In this document: one piece after another, positions 47,104-57,110 of the stretch | How the letters are laid out: each line of letters begins with the position of its first letter | How positions within the stretch are numbered: position 1 is the first letter of the stretch | Notes under the pieces: model-generated | The model's database searches: none | Seen by the model: only the letters and a program-made list of their open reading frames with translations | What the model was told of the DNA's origin: nothing | Assembly (NCBI GenBank): GCA_016196825.1 | Contig: JACPWY010000010.1 | Coordinates: 233,355 to 297,354 of the forward strand | Direction of reading: 5' to 3' | Source of the DNA: Deltaproteobacteria bacterium | GTDB lineage: Bacteria > Bdellovibrionota > FAC87 > UBA2466 | Length of the DNA stretch: 64,000 nt | Translations under genes and position numbers: made by a program

Positions 47104-48316
47104 GCCGGGTGGGAGTTCTCAATCGAGAACTCTGCTGATTGTTTTTTTGACGGTGTTTCTCGATCTCGTGGGTTTCGGAATCATTATTCCTATCCAACCT
47201 TTTTTCGCTGAGTCGCTGGGGGCGACACCCGCCATCGTCACGCTTTTGGGGGCCTCTTACTCGCTCATGCAATTTCTCTTCTCGCCATTTTGGGGGCGCC
47301 TTTCAGATCGGATGGGTCGACGCCCGATCATGTTAGTGAGCATCCTCATCACGTCGTTGGGCTACCTTTTCTTTGGCCTAGCTCACAGCCTCGCGATCCT
47401 CTTCCTGGCCCGGATGCTCTCCGGTTTTGGCTCGGCGAATATCGGCACGGCCCAGGCGATTATCGCCGATAGCACAACTGCCGAGAAAAGAGCGAAGGGA
47501 ATGGGACTCATCGGCGCGGCCTTTGGTTTGGGCTTCATCTTTGGTCCGGCGATCGGAGGTTTGTTGAGTCAGATCAGTATCGCCACCCCGATGTATTTTG
47601 CAGCCGGCCTCGCATTTTTGAATTTCGTATTGGCCATGTTTTTCTTGCCGGAGACACTCGACAAGAAAAATGCGCGGGCCGCAGCGAGCACAAGCCACGC
47701 CAGCTTTTCCTGGAAGGCTTTGAGGCATGCGGCGAGGCATGCGAATGTACCAATGCTGCTCACGCTCTATTTCATCTATTCGGCTGCATTCTCTTTGATG
47801 GAGGCTTCGTTCGGTCTGTTCGTGCAATACGCTTTTACGGAAGGTGCGTCCGACACTGCCAAGGCCGCGGCTCGGCTCACGGCCACCGCACTCATTCTCG
47901 TCGGTGTGACGGCGACGATTGTGCAGGGTGGGCTGATTGGGCGCCTGGTGAAGACCTTTGGAGAATGGAAATTGGCCCGGTTTGGTCTTCTCATGATCAC
48001 GATCGCGATGGTGAGCATTCCACTGGTCGGGTCCACGCACCACTTCGGATTGTTCGCGGCGCTCATGCCGTTGATGGCGCTCGGGACCGGCACACTCAAC
48101 CCATCTCTTTCGAGCCTTCTCTCTCGCAGCGTTTTCGTTGATGAGCAGGGGGGCACATTGGGGCTGGCGCAGGGGCTCGCGGCGCTTGGAAGAGTGGGAG
48201 GCCCTGCGGTTGCTGGCCTTCTCTTTGAGTCCCATCCGAGTGGCCCATTTTACGCCTCGGGCGTCTTGCTTGTTTGCTGCCTCGCTCTGGCTATGCGAAA
48301 ACCCAAGGTGGCATGA
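47069..48316 (+). CDS. MFS transporter (Tet/TCR-like subfamily)
   Basis: 12 TM. GRLSDRMGRRPIM motif A. First ATG in an ORF that is open from 47018; overlaps the queG 3' end. Confidence 0.8.
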   Translation: MLPHSAHRIHPEPGGSSQSRTLLIVFLTVFLDLVGFGIIIPIQPFFAESLGATPAIVTLLGASYSLMQFLFSPFWGRLSDRMGRRPIMLVSILITSLGYLFFGLAHSLAILFLARMLSGFGSANIGTAQAIIADSTTAEKRAKGMGLIGAAFGLGFIFGPAIGGLLSQISIATPMYFAAGLAFLNFVLAMFFLPETLDKKNARAAASTSHASFSWKALRHAARHANVPMLLTLYFIYSAAFSLMEASFGLFVQYAFTEGASDTAKAAARLTATALILVGVTATIVQGGLIGRLVKTFGEWKLARFGLLMITIAMVSIPLVGSTHHFGLFAALMPLMALGTGTLNPSLSSLLSRSVFVDEQGGTLGLAQGLAALGRVGGPAVAGLLFESHPSGPFYASGVLLVCCLALAMRKPKVA

Positions 48317-49728
48317 GTCCACGAAGTTCCCGTTTTTCTCTCTCTCACAGAGCGATCCTAATTTGGGTTGTTTGTCTCGCTGCACTGAGCGTTGGGGCCC
48401 GCAATTTCGAAGACGGGATCACGCTTGATGGCCCTTTCTACGCATCGATTGCTCGCAATATCCTCCGGTCCGGCAATTGGTTCACGCTGAACTCTGGCAT
48501 TCCCGATCTCAACCCCTTCTATGGCAATCCTCATCTCGGCTTTTGGGTCTTTGCGCTTTGGTTAAAGATATTACCGGCTGCGGACTGGGCGCTTCGTATC
48601 GTGGGCCATCTGTATTACGTGGCGTTTTTGAGTCTCTTTTTTCTCTACGTCCGGCGGAAATCCTCGGAGAAGATAGCCGTTGTCTCCGTGATCTTGTTAT
48701 GGAGTTGGTTTCAATTCTCCAATCCTCACTCCAATGTTTATCTCGATCCGGGGGCACTTTTTTGGGGCGCCCTCTCCGTTTTTCTTTGGGATCGGGATCG
48801 TCCCAATCCCTCTGCGGGTGTGGCCCTCGGGCTCTGTGCGCTTTACAAGAGCATGACGTTTGTCGGCTTCCTTCCGGCGCTGGCTCTGATCACTTTTCAG
48901 AGGCGGGCATGGCGGAGAGCGGTTCTCGCGCTGCTCGCATTCATCACGCCCGTCGGGTTGTATGCTCTTGCCCTTCGATCGAGTCCGGAGCCCGATTTTT
49001 TGGCTAAGTACTGGTCGGTCCAGATCACTCATCGATTCGCGCGGATTTGGAGTGTCGCCAACCTGTTTGCGTTCGAATATTGGCGCCAGTTTCTCTATTA
49101 CTCCTACTACCTGGCGCCGTTGGGGTTGATCGCATTCCGGAAGCAGACGCGGTCGGAGGCGGTGATTCCGACGGTGATGGCGGTTCCCTTTATTGTGATC
49201 TACTCCGTCTCGGGGCTCATTGGCGGACAGTACCTGATCATGGTGCTACCCTGGATTGCCTGGCTCATCGCACTCGGTGTGGCTGAGAAGATCCGGGTCC
49301 CTTCCGAAAAGTTGGTATGGGGGAGCCAAGTGATTGCAGTCGGGCTGCTTTGCCTGGCTCAGTTTCTTCCGTTTTCCACGCATGGGAGGGGGCTCCCCGA
49401 TGAGCTTGACGAACTGAGGGCACTCAGCCGTCGGAAAGAGGTAGAGCGTCTGTACTTCGACTTTCCGGTCGTCGACACGTCTGAAAAATGGAGCACTCGA
49501 TCGCTCTCGGCAGCGACGGCTGCTTGGTATGGCGACGTAACAATAGAGTATCCGGATGTGAATCGGTTTCCTCGGGCGGAAAAAGGGGCAGCGTACCTTC
49601 TCGTCAATCCCTTAGATCGCTCGGCGATTCTCCCGCCGCTGGGGTGGTGTCGGGGGCGCGGCAACTACCGCGATGCCTCGCTCTGGTTACCGTGTCTTAC
49701 TTATGACCTCATTAGTAAGACATCCTGA
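48313..49728 (+). CDS. ArnT/GT39-like polytopic membrane glycosyltransferase
   Basis: ATGA overlap with the MFS stop. FEDGITLDGPFYASIARNILRSGNWF... followed by many TM segments. Confidence 0.55.
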   Translation: MSPRSSRFSLSHRAILIWVVCLAALSVGARNFEDGITLDGPFYASIARNILRSGNWFTLNSGIPDLNPFYGNPHLGFWVFALWLKILPAADWALRIVGHLYYVAFLSLFFLYVRRKSSEKIAVVSVILLWSWFQFSNPHSNVYLDPGALFWGALSVFLWDRDRPNPSAGVALGLCALYKSMTFVGFLPALALITFQRRAWRRAVLALLAFITPVGLYALALRSSPEPDFLAKYWSVQITHRFARIWSVANLFAFEYWRQFLYYSYYLAPLGLIAFRKQTRSEAVIPTVMAVPFIVIYSVSGLIGGQYLIMVLPWIAWLIALGVAEKIRVPSEKLVWGSQVIAVGLLCLAQFLPFSTHGRGLPDELDELRALSRRKEVERLYFDFPVVDTSEKWSTRSLSAATAAWYGDVTIEYPDVNRFPRAEKGAAYLLVNPLDRSAILPPLGWCRGRGNYRDASLWLPCLTYDLISKTS

Positions 49729-50204
49729 ACGAGCTCACCCATCTTTGGTTTTCCATTGGGAAAGGTGATCTCAATCCATCCAGCCTTTTTGAGGCTGATG
49801 GGGCGTTCGAGGAGCCATTCGAGTGCGAGCGGGATCCAGTCTCCGTGAGAGCAGATCACCCAGAGTGGGTCGTTCGATTTATTCCATTCCTTGAGAAACT
49901 TGACGACGCGTGTGTCGAGAGCCGAAGACCCTTCGTCTGGCTCTTGCTCCGTGAGGAGCTCATCGATGGACACCCCTCGCTTGAGTGCGCGCGCGATGGG
50001 TTGCAGCGTCTCAACACATCTCTTTCTTGGACTCGATAGAAACTTTACGTCATGCCCTTGGAGAGCTGGCTTAAGCAATGGGACGAGGGCCTTCGCCTGT
50101 GCTTTTCCCTTCGGACTCAGGCCATTGTCATAAAGATGCCCTTGATCTTTGTCGCGGTGGCCATGGCGAACGATGTAAAGCTTTCGAACCGACGTATCAC
50201 TCAA
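49701..50204 (-). CDS. Histidine phosphatase superfamily protein (SixA-like)
   Basis: LYIVRHGHRD catalytic RHG motif. 167 aa. 8-nt overlap with the ppk stop. Confidence 0.7.
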   Translation of the reverse strand: MSDTSVRKLYIVRHGHRDKDQGHLYDNGLSPKGKAQAKALVPLLKPALQGHDVKFLSSPRKRCVETLQPIARALKRGVSIDELLTEQEPDEGSSALDTRVVKFLKEWNKSNDPLWVICSHGDWIPLALEWLLERPISLKKAGWIEITFPNGKPKMGELVQDVLLMRS

Positions 50205-52293
50205 GCGGGGTTCCCTGATAATTTCGGAGCGCCAGTTCTCGGAAGAGAACCTGCGATCGCATCGGATTGGGTAGGGTGCCGCGGTTGCGACGACGCCAGG
50301 TGCCTTGAGGAGTTAGCTCTCGGGCCTGGGCCACATCGCCAAGATAGGCCGGCATCACAACCTGTTCGAGATAACGATAGATGCGCTCATCCAAAACCGG
50401 GAAGGCGATCTCCAGGCGCGAGAAAAAATTTCGCGGCATCCAATCGGCGCTGGAGAGATACATCTTCTTTGAGGCGCCAAAATAATAGATCCGGCTGTGT
50501 TCCAAGAAACGATCCACGATGCTCACCACGCGGATGTTTTCCGAAAGCCCTTTGACCCCTGGGATGATCGAACAGGCGCCGCGCACGATCAGATCGATCT
50601 GCACGCCGGCAGCCGAGGCTCTATAAAGGCTCTGCGCGATCCCTTCGTCGACCAGAGCGTTCACCTTCGCAACGATGCGGGCCTTCTCTCCTCGAGCGGC
50701 GGCCTCGGCCTCCTGCTGAATGAGAGATTGGAGACGGCGCGAGAGGCGGGTGGGGGCGACGAGCAGGTGCTTAAAGTTGCTGGGCACCTTTCCCTCCCAG
50801 ACCGAATCAAAGAAGAGTCGAGCGTCGGCGCCCATCTCGGCGTTGGCGGTGAGGACTGCGAGATCGGTGTATTGACGCGCGGTCGCGGCGTTGTAGTTGC
50901 CCGTTGAGAGATGGGTGTATCGGACGAGCCCATCCTTCTCTTTTCTTGTGACGAGAGCGACTTTCGCGTGGAGTTTCAGTTTGCCGAAGCCGTACCCCAC
51001 CTCGACGCCAGCTTTGCGCAGCTCATCAGCCAGTCGAATGTTGTTGAGCTCGTCGAAGCGGGCGCGCAATTCGATGAGAACGCGCACCCGTTTGGTGGCG
51101 GCTGCATTTTTGAGATGCGTGATGACCGGTGACAGCGCATCCATGCGATAGACGGTGAGCTCGATATTGACGACGTGGGGGTCTTCCGACGCGACCTTCA
51201 TCCAATTCACAAAGGCGTCGAAGGAATCGTACGGGTGGTGCAAGAGGTAGTCGCGCCCTCGGATCTTTTCAAAAATCGTCGAAGAATCCTCGAACACCCG
51301 TGGCACTCGTGAGTCCAGTGGTGGGTATTGAATGGTTGAATGCGCGCGCGCAATGCGATCGGGTACTTGGCGTACGAGTGACCAAAGGCCGTGGAGGTAA
51401 AGCGTTCCTGGCGCCTGAAAGGCAAATGGGCGAGCGAGCTTGGTCACCTCAAGGAGGCTCGCGGCCAGTTTCGAACTGACGCCCCGGCTGTACTGAATTC
51501 GGATAGGGCGCCCGCGCTCCCGAGTGCCGAGCCGGGTCACGATGTGATCCGGAATGGATTCGGGATCGGGGTGATCCACGTCGAGGGCCACGTCGCCATC
51601 ACGCGTGAGGCGGATGAGCCCCAATTCAAGCTGCGTGGAAAAGCTTTCTGGCAGGAATCTGATCAAAAGGTCGTCGAGAAAGAAGGCGTAAAAGGGTCTG
51701 TCCGGCCCGAGATCTTCAAAATAGAGCGTGGGCAGTGTACGTGGAATCTTCATCCACAACCTTTCCGAAAAGACCGCGCCTGCCTGGGCGTTGTCGAGCG
51801 TCAGAACATCGCTGGGTCGAAACGTTTCGGGAATGGAGAGATAGGGAAGAATCTTTTCCTGGAAAATTTTGCGGCCCAGTTCGACCGCCTCGTCCCTCCA
51901 CGGGTTCATGTGACTTAGGATGATTTGATACTGGGCAAGTTCATTGATGAGGCTGTCGAGAGTCTCTTCCTGCTTGGCTCCAAACTTCGAAACAGATTCG
52001 AGGATTGAGTTGCGGATGCGCCGAATCTGGCGGGCCTTTTGGACATCAAGCCCCCGGAGCCGGTAAAGGAGTGAGCGCTCGAGCGAGGGCACCCGAATCA
52101 TGAAAAACTCATCCAGGTTCGATGAGGTGATGGCTAAGAATTTCACCCGTTCGAGAATCGGATTGCCGGTCGCCCGGGCTTCGTCCAGGACGCGCTCATT
52201 AAATTGCAACCAGCTCAGGTCTCTGTGGATGAGGGGCGACCGAGATGACCGTAGCAGAGAGGGAATCGTCGGCAGGTACCCAGGGCTCAACAT
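50197..52293 (-). CDS. ppk: Polyphosphate kinase 1
   Basis: 698 aa. RDLSWLQFNERVLDEA. Two PLD-like HKD regions (KLHAKVALV). Confidence 0.92.
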   Translation of the reverse strand: MLSPGYLPTIPSLLRSSRSPLIHRDLSWLQFNERVLDEARATGNPILERVKFLAITSSNLDEFFMIRVPSLERSLLYRLRGLDVQKARQIRRIRNSILESVSKFGAKQEETLDSLINELAQYQIILSHMNPWRDEAVELGRKIFQEKILPYLSIPETFRPSDVLTLDNAQAGAVFSERLWMKIPRTLPTLYFEDLGPDRPFYAFFLDDLLIRFLPESFSTQLELGLIRLTRDGDVALDVDHPDPESIPDHIVTRLGTRERGRPIRIQYSRGVSSKLAASLLEVTKLARPFAFQAPGTLYLHGLWSLVRQVPDRIARAHSTIQYPPLDSRVPRVFEDSSTIFEKIRGRDYLLHHPYDSFDAFVNWMKVASEDPHVVNIELTVYRMDALSPVITHLKNAAATKRVRVLIELRARFDELNNIRLADELRKAGVEVGYGFGKLKLHAKVALVTRKEKDGLVRYTHLSTGNYNAATARQYTDLAVLTANAEMGADARLFFDSVWEGKVPSNFKHLLVAPTRLSRRLQSLIQQEAEAAARGEKARIVAKVNALVDEGIAQSLYRASAAGVQIDLIVRGACSIIPGVKGLSENIRVVSIVDRFLEHSRIYYFGASKKMYLSSADWMPRNFFSRLEIAFPVLDERIYRYLEQVVMPAYLGDVAQARELTPQGTWRRRNRGTLPNPMRSQVLFRELALRNYQGTPLE

Positions 52294-52410
52294 GGCGCGA
52301 CAATATACACTGAATTGAGGGTCAAAGTAAGACGGCTAACCGGATCCTAATAATCCAATAGTTGCGCGTGGTTCCAGAGTGTGTGAAGGTGGGCGGTCGG
52401 AGAAAAACGT

Positions 52411-53421
52411 ATGAGATTATTGATGCTCTTCTTGGCTGGCTTTTTGGCTTCCTCCTCCTGGGGGGCCCAGGTTGTGACAGGCGCGGGTGCGACCTTTCCC
52501 TATCCCCTCTATTCCAAGTGGTTTGCCGAGTACGGGAAGCTGAACCCGAACGTTCAGATTAACTATCAATCGATTGGAAGTGGCGGAGGGATTCGCCAAC
52601 TTCTCGACAAGACCATCGATTTTGGAGCGAGCGATTCTCCCATGACCGATGAGCAGCTGGGTAAGGCCTCGGGCCCCATTGTCCACATCCCGACCGCCAT
52701 GGGAGCGGTCGTGCTGATCTACAATCTGGCTGGGAGTACGAACCTGAAGCTCTCGTCCGACGTGCTCGCTGATGTTTTTCTGGGCACGATCAAGAAATGG
52801 AACGATCCTCGGATTCTCGCGCTGAATCCCGGGTTGGCTCAGACCAGTGATATTTTTGTTGTCCATCGTTCCGACGGGAGCGGCACGACGGGCATTTTTT
52901 CCGACTATATGGCAAAGGTGAGTTCCGACTGGAAGACGAAAGTTGGCTCGGGGACGGCGCTCAATTGGCCGACTGGGCTTGGGGGCAAGGGGAACGAAGG
53001 GGTGACGGGCCTCGTGAAACAGACTCCCGGGAGCATTGGGTACGTCGAGCTGATCTACGCTGAATCCAACAAGTTGAGCTTCTTCGCCCTCAAGAACAAG
53101 GCGGGGCAATTCGTCACTCCGACCTTGAAGAGCGTGACTGCGGCGGCGGCTGGGTTGAAGGAGGTTCCTGACGATCTTCGCTTCTCGATCACCGACTCTG
53201 ATGGCGCTGGTTCTTATCCGATCAGTGGAGCGACCTATATCTTGGTCTACAAAACGATGCCCGACTCCGCGAAGGCCGCGAGCATTGTTTCCTTTCTGAA
53301 GTGGGCACTGAAGGACGGCCAGAAGATGGCGGCTGAACTTCTCTATGCGCCGTTACCTTCGAGTCTGGTGAAGAAGGTGCAGAAAAAGGTGGAGACGATC
53401 GAAGTGAAGCGCGCCGGCTAA
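52411..53421 (+). CDS. pstS: Phosphate ABC transporter substrate-binding protein PstS
   Basis: Signal peptide. GAGATFPYPLYSKW, GSGGGI, SDGSGTT motifs. Confidence 0.92.
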   Translation: MRLLMLFLAGFLASSSWGAQVVTGAGATFPYPLYSKWFAEYGKLNPNVQINYQSIGSGGGIRQLLDKTIDFGASDSPMTDEQLGKASGPIVHIPTAMGAVVLIYNLAGSTNLKLSSDVLADVFLGTIKKWNDPRILALNPGLAQTSDIFVVHRSDGSGTTGIFSDYMAKVSSDWKTKVGSGTALNWPTGLGGKGNEGVTGLVKQTPGSIGYVELIYAESNKLSFFALKNKAGQFVTPTLKSVTAAAAGLKEVPDDLRFSITDSDGAGSYPISGATYILVYKTMPDSAKAASIVSFLKWALKDGQKMAAELLYAPLPSSLVKKVQKKVETIEVKRAG

Positions 53422-53500
53422 GAGCCTGTTTGATAATTGATTTCGTAGCGAGCGGAAACCGCAGCCGCGCGCAGTAGAAACCAATTATCAAACAGGCTCT
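53421..53500. repeat. Palindromic intergenic element (19-bp arms, GC-rich core) after pstS
   Basis: AGAGCCTGTTTGATAATTG (53421-53439) and CAATTATCAAACAGGCTCT (53482-53500) are perfect inverted repeats. Inner junctions TTCGTAG / CAGTAGAA. Confidence 0.85.
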
Positions 53501-53600
53501 AACAGATCGCGGCGCGCCCAATAGCCTGATATTCTTAACTTTAGTGGCTTCTTGTTCCTAATGTAATCCTGACACTACTCGGTTCGCTCATCTCTATAAC

Positions 53601-54659
53601 GTGGGGGCGAAAGATCCGAGGGTAAAGGCATTGGCAGATGGGCGTGGAGTCGGAATCAGGCTAAGGAGCGCAGTGCCGGACGTAAACACCGATCTTGGTC
53701 ATCTCAAAGAGCTGGCTCAGAACAAATTTAGATCATTCGGGAAGGAGATCCACAAACCCGACCGGAACTTTCTTTGGTTTCTTCGCATTGTGGCGAGTGC
53801 GGTCATCGCCTGTCTTTTGTCTGTGGGTCTGTTCCTTCTTCTGAAGGCTTGGCCGGCTCTTTATCACACGGGCCTTCGGTTCCTTTACACAAATACATGG
53901 GATCCGGTGGGGGATGTGTATGGCGCACTCCCGGTTGTTTTTGGGACTCTTCTGAGTTCATTCTTGGCGCTCATTCTCTCGGTTCCCTTGAGTCTGGGCA
54001 TTGCACTTTTTGTGAGTGAGTTGGCCCCACGCCGCTTGGCGCGCTTTGTTTCGTTCACCGTTGAGATGCTCGCTGCAATCCCGAGCGTTGTATACGGGTT
54101 GTGGGGGATTTTCGTTTTGGCCCCCTGGCTGCGAACGGTTGTTGAGCCATTTTTGGGGACCTACTTCGGGTTTCTCCCTTTCTTTCAGGGTCCTCCCTAT
54201 GGCGTGGGCATGCTGGCGGCGAGTCTGATTCTTGCTGTGATGATCACGCCGACGATTTCATCGATTGCGCGGGAGATTTTTCGGGCTGTGCCTTCCAACT
54301 ATCGCGAGGCGGCCTTAGCGTTGGGGGCCACGCGTTGGGAGATGATTCGTCTCTCGGTCCTCAGCGCGAGCTGGAGTGGAGTGTTGGGTGCCGTGGTTTT
54401 GGGGCTGGGTCGCGCGTTGGGTGAAACGATGGCGGTGACGATGGTGATCGGCAATCGCGCTGACATCTCGCTCTCTCTCTTCTCTCCGGGACAATCCATG
54501 GCGAGCGTCATCGCCAATGAGTATGTGGAAGCCACGAGTGATATCCATTTGGCGGCTCTGGCCGAGGTGGGTCTCTTGCTTTTTGCCGTCACGTTTTTGG
54601 TGAATAGCGGGGCCCGATTAATTGTTTTGCGGCTCAAAACGAAAGGCGGTGGGCGGTGA
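53601..54659 (+). CDS. pstC: Phosphate ABC transporter permease PstC
   Basis: EAA-loop region REAALALGATRWEMI. 6 TM. The GTG start gives about 60 aa before TM1, so the start is uncertain. Confidence 0.85.
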   Translation: MGAKDPRVKALADGRGVGIRLRSAVPDVNTDLGHLKELAQNKFRSFGKEIHKPDRNFLWFLRIVASAVIACLLSVGLFLLLKAWPALYHTGLRFLYTNTWDPVGDVYGALPVVFGTLLSSFLALILSVPLSLGIALFVSELAPRRLARFVSFTVEMLAAIPSVVYGLWGIFVLAPWLRTVVEPFLGTYFGFLPFFQGPPYGVGMLAASLILAVMITPTISSIAREIFRAVPSNYREAALALGATRWEMIRLSVLSASWSGVLGAVVLGLGRALGETMAVTMVIGNRADISLSLFSPGQSMASVIANEYVEATSDIHLAALAEVGLLLFAVTFLVNSGARLIVLRLKTKGGGR

Positions 54660-55528
54660 TCACCGGCCACCTGACCCCATTTCTCGAAGCGCGCGACACC
54701 CGTCGACGGGTGTCGAATCTCGTTGCCTGCGGCACCCTCACATTTCTCTCAGGCGTTGCGATCGGCGCTCTCTTTCTCGTGTTTGGTTATGTCCTTTACC
54801 GGGGTTTTCCGGCGATCAATTGGGCCTTTTTCATCGAGACTCCCCGACCTGTGGGTGAGGTCGGTGGGGGCCTCGCCAATGCGATGGTGGGAAGCCTAAT
54901 CATCTTGCTGTTGGCCAGCCTACTAGGGATTCCGTGGGGAATTCTGACTGGCGTCTACCTTTCGGAGTATGGGCGGGGCCGTCTGGGGTCCGCCGTTCGT
55001 TTCTGCTCCGACATGCTTTCGAGCGTGCCTTCGATTGTCATTGGCCTGTTTGCGTATGCGCTTCTTGTGGTGCCGATGAAGCATTTCTCGGCGTTGGCGG
55101 GGAGCGTGGCCCTTGCCGTGATGATGGTGCCGACCATCGCTCGGAGCACGGAGGAGCTCTTGCGCCTCGTCCCGAACCATATTCGTGAAGCGGGGCTGGC
55201 TCTGGGTGTTCCGAGGTGGAAGGTTATTCTCTTGATTGTATTGCGAGGCAATCTCTCAGCAATCTTGACGGGCGTCATGCTCGCGATCGCGCGGGCCTCG
55301 GGTGAGACAGCGCCGCTTCTTTTCACTGCGCTCAACAGTCGGTTTCTCTCTTGGCGCGTGGATCAGCCCATCGCCTCTTTGCCGGTCCAGATCTACACTT
55401 ACGCTATTGCGCCCTTTGATGATTGGCACCGACAGGCATGGGGCGGAGCGCTGGTCCTGGTCGTATTTGTTTTTTCTCTCAATCTTTTGGCGCGGTCGGT
55501 GATAAGACCCAAGATGACTCGGGATTAG
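54656..55528 (+). CDS. pstA: Phosphate ABC transporter permease PstA
   Basis: REAGLALGVPRWKVI EAA loop. 4-nt overlap with pstC. Confidence 0.9.
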   Translation: MITGHLTPFLEARDTRRRVSNLVACGTLTFLSGVAIGALFLVFGYVLYRGFPAINWAFFIETPRPVGEVGGGLANAMVGSLIILLLASLLGIPWGILTGVYLSEYGRGRLGSAVRFCSDMLSSVPSIVIGLFAYALLVVPMKHFSALAGSVALAVMMVPTIARSTEELLRLVPNHIREAGLALGVPRWKVILLIVLRGNLSAILTGVMLAIARASGETAPLLFTALNSRFLSWRVDQPIASLPVQIYTYAIAPFDDWHRQAWGGALVLVVFVFSLNLLARSVIRPKMTRD

Positions 55529-55657
55529 AGCCTATCCCTAAATCCCTTCGTAGGGAGGCGCGAGCCAAGATGGCTCGGATCGAGGAGGCGAGCGCGGAGG
55601 ACGAAGACCCGAGCCATTTTGGCCGGGCCGAGTAGAAGGGATTTAGGGATAGGCTCT
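55527..55657. repeat. MITE/REP-like element: perfect 23-bp terminal inverted repeats around an 85-bp GC-rich core, between pstA and pstB
   Basis: AGAGCCTATCCCTAAATCCCTTC (55527-55549) is the exact reverse complement of GAAGGGATTTAGGGATAGGCTCT (55635-55657). The core contains the hairpin CGAGCCA-aga-TGGCTCG. Confidence 0.85.
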
Positions 55658-55662
55658 TAGTT

Positions 55663-56430
55663 ATGGCGGATGTGCAACCCATAGTGAAGGTCGAAGGGCT
55701 GAACGCCTGGTTCGGCGATGTTCACGCAGTGAAGGGAATTACGATCGATTTTCTCCCCAACACCGTGACCGCGCTCATAGGCCCATCGGGCTGTGGAAAG
55801 TCGACCTTCATTCGGTGTCTCAATCGCCTTCACGAGGAGATTGAGGGGGCCTCGGCATCTGGGCGGGTGGTTGTCGAAAATAACGATATCTATGGAGCGG
55901 GCGTGGATCCCGTTCGCATTCGTCGCAAGATAGGTATGGTTTTTCAAAAGGCCAACCCATTTCCTGGGCTCTCTATTTTCGAAAATGTGGCCGCTGGGTT
56001 GAAGTTGGCCGGGATCCGTCGTCGGAGTTTGCTCCAGGACGTTGTGCGCCGGAGCCTCGAGGGGGCGGCCCTCTGGGATGAGGTGAAGGACAAGTTGCAC
56101 CAACCGGGGACGAGCCTTTCGGGTGGTCAGCAGCAGCGTCTTTGCATCGCGCGGGCGCTCGCCGTGGAGCCGCCGGTGATTCTGATGGATGAGCCCACCA
56201 GTGCGCTCGATCCGATCTCGACTGCGAAGATCGAGGAGCTTATGTTGTCTCTCAAGCGGCGCACGACCGTGATTATCGTCACTCACAACCTTCAACAAGC
56301 GGCTCGTATCTCGGAAAGAACGGCCTTTTTTCTTCTCGGTGAAATGGTAGAATTCGGCGACACAACACAGGTGTTTACGGTTCCCAAGCAAAAGAAAACG
56401 GAGCAGTACATCACCGGTAGGTTTGGATAA
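55663..56430 (+). CDS. pstB: Phosphate ABC transporter ATP-binding protein PstB
   Basis: [29 protein letters not shown]. Confidence 0.93.
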   Translation: MADVQPIVKVEGLNAWFGDVHAVKGITIDFLPNTVTALIGPSGCGKSTFIRCLNRLHEEIEGASASGRVVVENNDIYGAGVDPVRIRRKIGMVFQKANPFPGLSIFENVAAGLKLAGIRRRSLLQDVVRRSLEGAALWDEVKDKLHQPGTSLSGGQQQRLCIARALAVEPPVILMDEPTSALDPISTAKIEELMLSLKRRTTVIIVTHNLQQAARISERTAFFLLGEMVEFGDTTQVFTVPKQKKTEQYITGRFG

Positions 56431-57110
56431 TGCAGCGCAACATTGATGCAGGACTGGCCGAGCTCAAGCAGCACCTCGTGCGAATGGCAGGCCTTGTCGA
56501 AGCTGCAATCGAAAAGGTGACACTGGCCTGGAAGCAGCAGAGCCTGGAACGTCTCAAAGAGGTGTATGAGATCGAAAACCAGGTGAATGCGGCCCACCTG
56601 CAGATTGACGCCGACTGCCTCCGACTCCTGGCGACTCAACAGCCCTTAGCCGGCGAACTTCGGCTGATTCTAGCGACCATTAAGATGAACAATGATCTGG
56701 AGCGGATTGTGGACCAGACCGTGAATATCGGCCACAACCTCGAACACTTCGTGCGGGCTCCGGATGCGCACCTCGACCTAACTGATCTGGAAAAGATCGC
56801 TAGTGAAGTGAAGACGATGGTTCGCGGCTCAATCGATGCCTTTGTGAGGCAGGATGAAATGCTCGCGCGCAGCGTGATCCGCTCGGATGACTATGTCGAC
56901 GATCTGAAAAACAGCATTTTTACGGAAACCTTGGCGCGAATAAAGAAGGATCAAGACGCTGTCGAGCAGGGGCTGAATATTATTCTGATTGCGCGTAACT
57001 TTGAGCGCATCGGGGATCATGCAACCAACATCGCCGAGGATGTCATCTTCTCCTGTTCAGGGGAGGATATTCGACACCCCGGTCTGAACGCGACGAAGGA
57101 GAGTAAATGA
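56430..57110 (+). CDS. phoU: Phosphate signalling regulator PhoU
   Basis: Two PhoU repeats (NDLERIVDQ..., FERIGDHATNIAEDV). 226 aa. Confidence 0.9.
   Translation: MQRNIDAGLAELKQHLVRMAGLVEAAIEKVTLAWKQQSLERLKEVYEIENQVNAAHLQIDADCLRLLATQQPLAGELRLILATIKMNNDLERIVDQTVNIGHNLEHFVRAPDAHLDLTDLEKIASEVKTMVRGSIDAFVRQDEMLARSVIRSDDYVDDLKNSIFTETLARIKKDQDAVEQGLNIILIARNFERIGDHATNIAEDVIFSCSGEDIRHPGLNATKESK

Noticed and set aside
47378-48385. 335-aa minus-strand ORF
   Set aside because: It is antisense to the MFS transporter. It has basic, low-complexity composition and no recognisable domain.
52294-52410. Pho box upstream of pstS
   Set aside because: I looked for CTGTCAT-type 7-bp direct repeats with 11-bp periodicity and saw none convincing. 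The lineage may use a different PhoB site, and a comparative motif search is needed.
55423-55635. 70-aa plus-strand ORF spanning the pstA 3' end and the palindromic element
   Set aside because: It overlaps pstA out of frame and reads through the inverted-repeat element. It has no SD and no motif, so it is most likely fortuitous.
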